A stretch of DNA of 64,000 nucleotides from a virus. Positions 57,494-64,000 of the stretch are shown here, piece after piece. The notes beneath the pieces were generated by a model, which ran no database searches, had not been told where the DNA came from, and was given only the letters and a program-made list of their open reading frames with translations. Every line of letters starts with the position of its first letter. Within the stretch, counting starts at the first letter, position 1. The stretch is from positions 13,353-77,352 of IMG/VR virus record IMGVR_UViG_3300005563_000033. One strand, 5' to 3'. The position numbers and the translations under genes are program-made.

Positions 57494-57784
57494 ATGGGAA
57501 AAACACTATGGGAGAAGCTCATCCACTTCATCAAAATTTGTTATCAAGAAAAATTTTCAACTCTATTTAAGAGTTGTCTTTTGGGACTTATTGCAAGTAT
57601 GCAGTTACTGTGGAGCGGCTCGCTTGCTGCATCTTTGGTGATATATGTTTTAAAGGGGATGGGAACCCTCCTATTAACAGCCGGAACTACTTTGACAGGA
57701 TGTTATATCTCGTATCGCTTTGATAAATGGAAAGAAAAACAATCTTCGGATAAACCAAAGAAAAAGAATCGTAAAGCAGCTTAA
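57494..57784 (+). CDS. membrane protein (holin-like)
   Basis: two TM segments, Lys-rich tail. Confidence 0.5.
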   Translation: MGKTLWEKLIHFIKICYQEKFSTLFKSCLLGLIASMQLLWSGSLAASLVIYVLKGMGTLLLTAGTTLTGCYISYRFDKWKEKQSSDKPKKKNRKAA

Positions 57785-57794
57785 ATTATATTTT

Positions 57795-57914
57795 ATGTCT
57801 AAAGCCACAAAGCCCGTAAAGCCAACAAAACCAATTAAACCCGGTCAGCCGGGGCCAAAACCAGCAGATGGAAGTCTTCCGCCCGGAACAAATCCACCAC
57901 CACCTAAGACGTAA
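57795..57914 (+). CDS. Pro/Lys-rich peptide (39 aa)
   Basis: MSKATKPVKPTKPIKPGQPGPKPADGSLPPGTNPPPPKT; AT-rich start. Confidence 0.45.
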   Translation: MSKATKPVKPTKPIKPGQPGPKPADGSLPPGTNPPPPKT

Positions 57915-58347
57915 CGACGATAATAGGAGGCGGATTATTTGGATAGTAGTAATGATATTGTTGGGATTCGAAATACCCGAAATCCCGACGTATATTTACT
58001 ATTTCGATAACAGTATAATAGTGCGGCAAAAAGATTGGTTTTTATGGCCATGGCATCATCAAAAAATAGCTGAATTTTGGTACTTTAAAGAAACGGCTAA
58101 TCATATTTCTAGGCTATTATTTCTGATAGCAGCCACTAAAACGGCTGTTCAATATAGTACTGTTGTGTTTTTGGCTTTCTTTATGGCAATGATGTACCCC
58201 GTTGTTGATCTTATCATGTTCTGGCTTAACTATAACCAATGGCCTGTAGTATATGAGTTTGTTGTATTGATATTTTACTTGGCAGGCCGTGGATTGATAA
58301 GACCTTATATGCCGGATTCATTCGCTCGTATTCGTTCGATTTTTTAA
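57868..58347 (+). CDS. multi-pass membrane protein
   Basis: about 4 TM segments, aromatic-rich. Confidence 0.55.
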   Translation: MEVFRPEQIHHHLRRNDDNRRRIIWIVVMILLGFEIPEIPTYIYYFDNSIIVRQKDWFLWPWHHQKIAEFWYFKETANHISRLLFLIAATKTAVQYSTVVFLAFFMAMMYPVVDLIMFWLNYNQWPVVYEFVVLIFYLAGRGLIRPYMPDSFARIRSIF

Positions 58348-58362
58348 CCCAAAATACACAAT

Positions 58363-58461
58363 ATGATACATCTTAATTTTTGGCTATTCCTGATTCTTAT
58401 GGCTGGCTCTTTTGTCGGCGGCTATCTTGTACGAAACAATGGCAACAAAGTAAAACTTTAA
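58363..58461 (+). CDS. single-TM micropeptide (32 aa, not in ORF track)
   Basis: MIHLNFWLFLILMAGSFVGGYLVRNNGNKVKL fills the gap. Confidence 0.45.
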   Translation: MIHLNFWLFLILMAGSFVGGYLVRNNGNKVKL

Positions 58462-58464
58462 ACT

Positions 58465-58743
58465 ATGCCAGAATACATTTCTTTCGGTGAAGCATGGAGG
58501 TATGTATCCTCCTTTCCTTCATATTGGATTTGGATAGGAGCCTTCATAGTAGCTTTGATTGCCGGGCTTATTATCATTGAAAAGCTGGCCATTAAAATGA
58601 ATAGAGAGTTAAATACCGTGAAATTAGTATGGGTAATTGTATTTTCTTTTTTAATCATGGGGGCCATCTTTAAGAATCCGACAAACATTGCACAGAATAC
58701 CACAAAGGAACAAGCCGCCCGTGGCGTATATATCGGCTGGTAA
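58465..58743 (+). CDS. two-TM membrane protein
   Basis: hydrophobicity pattern. Confidence 0.55.
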   Translation: MPEYISFGEAWRYVSSFPSYWIWIGAFIVALIAGLIIIEKLAIKMNRELNTVKLVWVIVFSFLIMGAIFKNPTNIAQNTTKEQAARGVYIGW

Positions 58744-58747
58744 AACC

Positions 58748-59152
58748 ATGAAACCACTATTTATAATAACAGTATGGGTGATATTTGCCGTGGGGAATAT
58801 TGGCATAGCTGAATGGAATGACTCAGTAAGGCGGAAAAGAATTGCCAATAAGATCACTAAGCAAATAGAACACGGCTGGTATTTTACTGGCTATACCCTT
58901 CTTTGTCTTGGCGTGTTTTATATATCCAGAAATTATTGGGAATTATCCAGTCTGTTGTTATTGAGAACATCGGTATTTGCAGTTGCGTACAATAAGTTCA
59001 GTGATTTACCGGCCTTCCATCTTTCCATTTCAACAACCTCATGGTGGGATAGGTTATTACGTACCATAGGACTAAAATCAATTGAGGAAGTTGCTATTAT
59101 TTCATTTTGTATCAGCATCACGTTTGTGATGTTCCAACTTTTCCACATATGA
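58748..59152 (+). CDS. multi-pass membrane protein
   Basis: ATG 58748; I.H.W, N...LP..HLS..T.S.WD pattern. Confidence 0.55.
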   Translation: MKPLFIITVWVIFAVGNIGIAEWNDSVRRKRIANKITKQIEHGWYFTGYTLLCLGVFYISRNYWELSSLLLLRTSVFAVAYNKFSDLPAFHLSISTTSWWDRLLRTIGLKSIEEVAIISFCISITFVMFQLFHI

Positions 59153-59679
59153 CACTACCGGATCAATACAAATGGCTTGCTGATGTAACAGGGCCAAAAA
59201 TGCTAGTAACGGCTTTAAAGTACTACGGACTAAAAGAAGGCGCTGGCAGCGCGGATAACCCAACCATAATGCAATGGGCGCATGATTTTGGGATAACTTG
59301 GTACACCCATGACTCAATTGCTTGGTGTTCGCTCTTTTTAGGAGAGGTCGCTAAAGAGTCAGGATACACACCCCCAGATAAAAATAATTTATTGGCTGCT
59401 GTTAGCTGGTCTAATTGGGGCAATTGGACAAACGGCCATTGGTTGGGGGCTATTATGGTATTCAATCGACCAGGAGGTCATCATGTAGGGCTATATATCG
59501 GGGAAGATAATGACGCATTCCATATCCTTGGAGGGAATACAGGTGATGCCGTAGCGGTGGCGCGATTGGCAAAAGATCGGCTTATCTCTGTCCGGTGGCC
59601 TACAAACGAACCATTACCAGCAAATAAGAATATAATAGTCTTAGCAAGTTCTGGAGCCTTGTCTCAAAACGAGGCATAA
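59149..59679 (+). CDS. endolysin, TIGR02594/NlpC-P60-like
   Basis: G.KE..G..DNP.I..WA, D.IAWCSLF, G.IMVF.R.GGHHVG.Y.GED....LGGN. Confidence 0.85.
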   Translation: MTLPDQYKWLADVTGPKMLVTALKYYGLKEGAGSADNPTIMQWAHDFGITWYTHDSIAWCSLFLGEVAKESGYTPPDKNNLLAAVSWSNWGNWTNGHWLGAIMVFNRPGGHHVGLYIGEDNDAFHILGGNTGDAVAVARLAKDRLISVRWPTNEPLPANKNIIVLASSGALSQNEA

Positions 59680-59710
59680 ACTAGGTTTCTCGATAGGGTT
59701 TTATAGGGGA

Positions 59711-59744
59711 GCCCTTGGCGTAGCGGTACGTCAGGGGCATTTTT
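59711..59744 (+). terminator. terminator after endolysin
   Basis: GCCCTTGGCGTA..TACGTCAGGGGC stem plus T tract. Confidence 0.7.
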
Positions 59745-60080
59745 ATAATGCAAAATGCCCGAACAATCATATTTCAGATCATTCGGGCGTTGTTACTGCT
59801 CGGGCGAATGGCCGGTTAAAGGACGGTGCTGTTAGCGGAAACCTGGTGTATAATATTATCGTATAAAAAGTGGGATTTTGGCCTCCCGGGGGCACCACGA
59901 GAATCGTGCATGTGATTCGAGTTTAATTGTTAATAATGCATTATTGCAATTGAAATGCTAAAGTATGCAAGATGCGTCAAAAAAACAATAGCAGAAACTA
60001 AATTCCGGGTAAATAGGTATATTCAAAACAATTTATAAGAAATATTTTGCCGTTTGTTGGAAAAGGTTTTATTTAGTGGT

Positions 60081-60239
60081 ATGGAAAAAGGAACAAAGAA
60101 AGAAAGGCGCGGCAAGGTATATGTAGCGGCATGGATAGACAAGGATGTTGAAAAGAAGGCCAAAAAACGGGCTAAAGAAGATAAGCGTACTTTTACCGCG
60201 TATCTGGAAATGGCGCTTTATGATTTTAACGAACGCTAA
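60081..60239 (+). CDS. ribbon-helix-helix (Arc/CopG-like) regulator
   Basis: VYVAAWIDKDVEKKAKKRAKEDKRTFTAYLEMAL. Confidence 0.65.
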   Translation: MEKGTKKERRGKVYVAAWIDKDVEKKAKKRAKEDKRTFTAYLEMALYDFNER

Positions 60240-60250
60240 AAATAATTCAC

Positions 60251-60640
60251 ATGACATATCCTGAAGCAGAGAACAAAATTATACAGGCTTATTTTAGAGA
60301 TGAAATAAAGCCAATGAATCCTTCCTTTTGCTTTTGTGGCACCTTAAATGGGTCGGATAGTTGGTGTATTGCAAGACGCGGTTTTGATTGGCCAGATAAT
60401 TATACTCGGGCCGAATATGCTAAAATGGAAGCGGCTCTTTTGAATGAGTTACGACCATTTGGGGTAAGAAATTTTTCACGCATCCCCGGTGGATGGACAG
60501 GGGATATTGATGAGAATATTGGCTATGAGGACGCTTTATTTATCGGGATGAGTAAAGCCCTTGAGGTCTTAAAGCAAATACACATAGACCGTGGAGAAAA
60601 CATAGACCCAGTACCCTTTAAGAAGCGCGAATTAGTTTAG
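60251..60640 (+). CDS. hypothetical protein
   Basis: 129 aa followed by a terminator. Confidence 0.6.
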   Translation: MTYPEAENKIIQAYFRDEIKPMNPSFCFCGTLNGSDSWCIARRGFDWPDNYTRAEYAKMEAALLNELRPFGVRNFSRIPGGWTGDIDENIGYEDALFIGMSKALEVLKQIHIDRGENIDPVPFKKRELV

Positions 60641-60678
60641 GTTCTGATATTTTTCATCTGGACAGGTCATCATAGGAG

Positions 60679-60706
60679 AATCCGCTCAGCCGAGGGGCGG
60701 ATTTTT
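60679..60706 (+). terminator. intrinsic terminator
   Basis: AATCCGC..GCGGATT plus T tract. Confidence 0.6.
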
Positions 60707-60723
60707 AAAAAGTTCTTTAAATT

Positions 60724-60957
60724 CTTGCGTATAAAGGCAAGCTACAAAATAAAGGAGGTTTACGGCCTTTAGGCGTAGTATAGATTGTTGGGAGTGGGAG
60801 AAACACCACAGTAAACTAAGCTGGTGAGAACACCCAGATAGGAAAACCCTTGGGCAAGGCGGACCGAAGGATAAAGACCCGCAGGATGATCATCCTTATT
60901 CGTAGAAGCTGGCAGACAGTGGAGAATTCGCACGAGGTAGGTAAAGCCTCGGTTTTT
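60724..60957 (+). ncRNA. candidate structured ncRNA
   Basis: chain of short hairpins with purine-rich loops ending in CGAGG..CCTCG plus T tract. Confidence 0.4.
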
Positions 60958-61000
60958 AATCCTTCCCCTATATCTTATTCAAAAGTTAAAACCCCTTGCC

Positions 61001-61210
61001 ATGACATTTTTAAAATACGCCATTGGTTTTTTCGGGTTCTGTGCATTGTTTGTATTGTCTTTGGCTATATGGAGTAATAAAAAAGAACCAATAGAAGAGG
61101 AAGAAGGGGGAGTAGTGAGAGAAATGTATCCATCACCGGACGACCCGGAATACGCACAATTCAAAGACAATAAGCCCGATTGGAAACCGAAACGCGCACA
61201 AAATAATTAG
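61001..61210 (+). CDS. small membrane protein
   Basis: N-terminal TM, acidic tail. Confidence 0.55.
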   Translation: MTFLKYAIGFFGFCALFVLSLAIWSNKKEPIEEEEGGVVREMYPSPDDPEYAQFKDNKPDWKPKRAQNN

Positions 61211-61508
61211 GCCTTTTTCATACGGATCATCACCACAGGACCACCAGGGAGTCGCTTACGGGTCATAGCGGCTCCCACTTTTAAAATGAATTAAAGAGTG
61301 TTCTAATACGATAAGATAAGGTTTAAGCGGCTAACGGATGCTGGTTGGCATTCATTAGTAACCGGTTCCCGGAATTTCCCGGGAACCCTTTTTCAACTTC
61401 TTGCCGGTGGTTCTCCGGACGGCGTTAATATGACGGGGAGCGAATTCTAAGTTGGAGGGCGGGATAGCTTAGGTTTTATAGTTCCGCCCTTTTTTAAAAC
61501 CCTAAATC

Positions 61509-61619
61509 ATGAAGCGCATTATTTTTTATCTCGGAATAGTAAGTATATTATTCATTTCCGCATGTAGGTCTGAAAAGAATATGTGTGACCGTGTGCATCG
61601 CTCTTATTCCGGGTACTAA
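61509..61619 (+). CDS. 36-aa lipoprotein (not in ORF track)
   Basis: MKRIIFYLGIVSILFISA-CRSEKNMCDRVHRSYSGY; lipobox; followed by a hairpin. Confidence 0.6.
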   Translation: MKRIIFYLGIVSILFISACRSEKNMCDRVHRSYSGY

Positions 61620-61699
61620 CCTTTCTTCATAGATAAATTGAAGGCAAGCAAGACGGCCCAGCATATCTATGTTGGGCTTTTTAACTTAAAACATTGTTC

Positions 61700-61786
61700 A
61701 TGAAACCACTCAAAGAAACAAATCCCCTCATAGAATTACCCCTGTGGACACTTGTTTTTGGATGTATCTACTATCTACTGACTTAA
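61700..61786 (+). CDS. 28-aa hydrophobic micropeptide
   Basis: MKPLKETNPLIELPLWTLVFGCIYYLLT. Confidence 0.35.
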   Translation: MKPLKETNPLIELPLWTLVFGCIYYLLT

Positions 61787-61882
61787 CTTTGTAATGTTTA
61801 GTTGTTAACAGCAGAAAAAATCCCCGCGCTATGTCTATGGCCGGGGATCATTGTTTTATGAAACGCTTCTAGGACGATGGCA

Positions 61883-62176
61883 TTATATCAAGTATTTTAC
61901 GAATTCGGAGAAAGATTCGAAAACAAAAATACGAACGTCTTCAAACTTAATCATAATCGATTTTACTGCTAAAGCGGGATTGGTAAAATTGCGATATTCC
62001 CAATCATGCGTGTTATTTACCCCTAAATAGCCAACTGTAGAGGAAATGTTAGCAAATATCCATTGGTCTTTCCCTGTCTTTTGGAGCTTCATTATCTGTC
62101 CATCCTTCGTTTTATATGCTATTAAGGAGGTGTCAGTTACCAAATCAATGATTGTATTCATTCTTATTTCTTGCAT
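61883..62176 (-). CDS. hypothetical protein
   Basis: 97 aa in the leftward run. Confidence 0.55.
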   Translation of the reverse strand: MQEIRMNTIIDLVTDTSLIAYKTKDGQIMKLQKTGKDQWIFANISSTVGYLGVNNTHDWEYRNFTNPALAVKSIMIKFEDVRIFVFESFSEFVKYLI

Positions 62177-62255
62177 CTTTATTAATTTTAATGGTAGTTA
62201 ATCGCTACTTCCACCGTCTCCGCCGCCGCTATCACTAGAACCGCCTGCATCATGG

Positions 62256-62438
62256 CTAGTCAATTTCAATAGTTTCTACGATAGCCGTCAACTCTTCATC
62301 TGCCTTCCTGGTTTCGGCGGCTGGTTCTGATTCAAAGTAATACGCTTCAAATAAATCCAGAGTCCAGCCATTTGGACCCCAATAGTATTTACTTGTATCT
62401 GCACAGTTATCGACAATTACGTAGGCTGTGTGTAACAT
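62256..62438 (-). CDS. hypothetical protein
   Basis: 60 aa, YYWG..GWT.D..EA..F motif. Confidence 0.55.
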   Translation of the reverse strand: MLHTAYVIVDNCADTSKYYWGPNGWTLDLFEAYYFESEPAAETRKADEELTAIVETIEID

Positions 62439-62441
62439 GGC

Positions 62442-62651
62442 TTATTGTTTTTTAGGTTTAATATGCCATAGGCAAACAAGATATTCCCTGGCACAAATAA
62501 TATCTTCCTGCTCTTCATTATAAAAGGCAATCCGTGTGTTACCAAAATTGTATTGATTTATTAGAGAATGTCCTTGACGCTCATTGTAAGTAATGGGGAT
62601 GCCGTTGAATTCTGTTTTCATAAAAAAGGTTTTATTTATTGCATTCTTCAA
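62442..62651 (-). CDS. hypothetical protein
   Basis: leftward run. Confidence 0.45.
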   Translation of the reverse strand: MKNAINKTFFMKTEFNGIPITYNERQGHSLINQYNFGNTRIAFYNEEQEDIICAREYLVCLWHIKPKKQ

Positions 62652-62787
62652 TAAGGGCCTTAGCCAAGGATACGCTTATTGTAGCTATTTTTTCATTATC
62701 AGTAGGAAGTGACGCGCTCCAAGATGAATTAGATAGAAGCCCGTTGGTTATAAGCATCGCTGCATATTCTAGCTTAGTAAAGCCTCA

Positions 62788-63015
62788 TCAGTTAGCCTTT
62801 ACTACAATAATTTTTGCCCCATTCACATAGCAATATTGAGCATTGCTACGCACATGAGCAGCCCGGCTTTCTGTTGTTGATTTATCTCTTGTGGTTGCCG
62901 ATGCGATGTCAGTAGTGGTGTTGTACCATCCATCGCCCGTATGCGTGTTAACATAATGGCCATCATAGTGGCCCCCTTGAATTTGAACTGCGAAAAGTTC
63001 TGTATTTGTGTTCAT
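62788..63015 (-). CDS. hypothetical protein
   Basis: 75 aa after a TACCTTTA promoter-like element. Confidence 0.55.
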   Translation of the reverse strand: MNTNTELFAVQIQGGHYDGHYVNTHTGDGWYNTTTDIASATTRDKSTTESRAAHVRSNAQYCYVNGAKIIVVKAN

Positions 63016-63117
63016 AACTTAGTTTTTAGTGATTATTTAATTCCCTTCAACGATATAAAGGTAATACGTAAATCACAATTCACAAAGCCTTTTGCCATTT
63101 ATTTTGAAAAATAGTTT

Positions 63118-63327
63118 TTAGCATGTTTTAGCAGATTGACGCACAATGAAATTGCGTTCGAAATAAATAACTATTTTAAAGTCAGCAGTGCCTCTTTTGA
63201 GTCTATTGTATAATGCTGGCTCTTTAATTCCGTGTAAGTCGGCATAATCTTTTACTAGCATTGCGCCGGGGGGCAATACATCAACTATTGGATATTTCCC
63301 TTCATTTCGTTTCATTCTGATTAACAT
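63118..63327 (-). CDS. HTH DNA-binding protein
   Basis: VKDYADLHGIKEPALYNRLKRG. Confidence 0.6.
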   Translation of the reverse strand: MLIRMKRNEGKYPIVDVLPPGAMLVKDYADLHGIKEPALYNRLKRGTADFKIVIYFERNFIVRQSAKTC

Positions 63328-63673
63328 TTTTAGCGTAATCTTTTAACCATTGCGGCATATTGCCCATTTGCGCAGCGTTCCCCCAATTACGTACAATCTT
63401 ATAAATAAGGTTAATTTCTGGGTGTTCTGGGCTATCAGCTACATGAGCGCGTAATGGGGTTACGATTTGATTCTTGAAATCTATAAACGCCCCAACTAAA
63501 AGTTTTTCGTAGGTGGCCTTAAAAGTTGATTTATTATAACGTTCACCTGCGAAATATTTATTGTACTGAAGCTCAATAAAATCTCTTATGTATTGCTCTT
63601 CTAATTGCTCTGTTTTTAGATCATTGTACATCTCATGCATTTCTGGCAATTGATTGTAATATGCATCATTCAT
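63302..63673 (-). CDS. hypothetical protein
   Basis: 123 aa downstream of the tRNA-like elements. Confidence 0.55.
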   Translation of the reverse strand: MNDAYYNQLPEMHEMYNDLKTEQLEEQYIRDFIELQYNKYFAGERYNKSTFKATYEKLLVGAFIDFKNQIVTPLRAHVADSPEHPEINLIYKIVRNWGNAAQMGNMPQWLKDYAKNVNQNETK

Positions 63674-63685
63674 GATATAATATTT

Positions 63686-63757
63686 TGGACTGGCTTAAGG
63701 ATTCGAACCTCTTCGTTCCTGGAACTTTACCATGTGGCAGATATCATGCCGCCAATC
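63686..63757 (-). ncRNA. degenerate tRNA-like element
   Basis: GATTGGC/GCCAGTC acceptor-like stem, GGTTCGAATCC T loop, non-canonical D and anticodon arms. Confidence 0.4.
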
Positions 63758-63766
63758 ATTTATAAA

Positions 63767-63927
63767 TGCCCTGCATGGATTCGAACCATGATAACTAATC
63801 TATCGCATATTTTCCGGGGATCAATCCATAGCATTTGCGAACCAATTAGCTGTCCTTCCCGGCTCAATGGGATTATGTATTATGCCCAACAACTTGGCCT
63901 TCGCTGGCCTGCTTAGACGACAGAACA
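63767..63927 (-). ncRNA. tRNA-shaped RNA with expanded D loop and anticodon arm (161 nt)
   Basis: acceptor TGTTCTG/CAGGGCA, D stem GTCT/GGAC, stem GCTAATT/GATTAGT, perfect T arm CATGG-TTCGAAT-CCATG. Confidence 0.6.
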
Positions 63928-64000
63928 ATGCAAATATAAGCAATGATTCACAATTCACCAAACTATTTATTTCAGTAGCTTCATCCCCCCCTCCCCCCCC

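Noticed and set aside
60850-61077. 75-aa ORF overlapping the hairpin-rich region
   Set aside because: TTG start, no motifs, spans a terminator and overlaps the better ORF 61001..61210.
63635-63916. 93-aa plus-strand ORF
   Set aside because: Antisense to the tRNA-like elements and to the local gene direction.
1-64000. CRISPR array, integrase, reverse transcriptase/DGR or stop-codon reassignment
   Set aside because: No repeat-spacer array or relevant motifs seen; genes are long and densely packed under the standard code.

Overview
The whole window reads as part of a tailed dsDNA phage genome (no host housekeeping genes, integrase or DNA polymerase seen). The host is very probably Bacteroidota: TAnnTTTG-type promoters, AT-rich translation starts, an ECF sigma factor, Gln at +1 after signal peptides, and D-S/T-hydrophobic glycosylation sequons. 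Layout: (1) 1-3.4 kb, leftward small accessory genes (ASCH, HNH, NinG-like). (2) 3.4-14.1 kb, rightward early/replication operon (ECF sigma, IbrA/IbrB-like pair, DnaN-like clamp, initiator, primase-helicase, DnaA C-terminal domain protein, DEDDh nuclease, exported proteins). (3) 14.4-17.9 kb, glycosyltransferase/methyltransferase cluster. (4) 19.3-46.6 kb, crAss-like podovirus morphogenesis block (terminase, portal, scaffold, capsid, ring proteins, GroES, muzzle, ejection proteins, transglycosylase). (5) 47.2-55.8 kb, two receptor-binding-type proteins that unexpectedly start with Sec signal peptides. (6) 55.8-59.7 kb, an expanded lysis region with a stand-alone FixL-type PAS protein and an NlpC/P60-type endolysin. 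(7) 60-64 kb, mini-genes, terminators and structured RNAs, including a tRNA-shaped RNA with two large insertions. Most notable: apparently exported and possibly O-glycosylated tail fibres, the PAS sensor among holin-like genes, the expanded tRNA-like RNA, and a small gene overprinted inside the 2135-aa ejection protein, which also carries a histidine-phosphatase domain. All family calls come from motif recognition by eye, not database searches.
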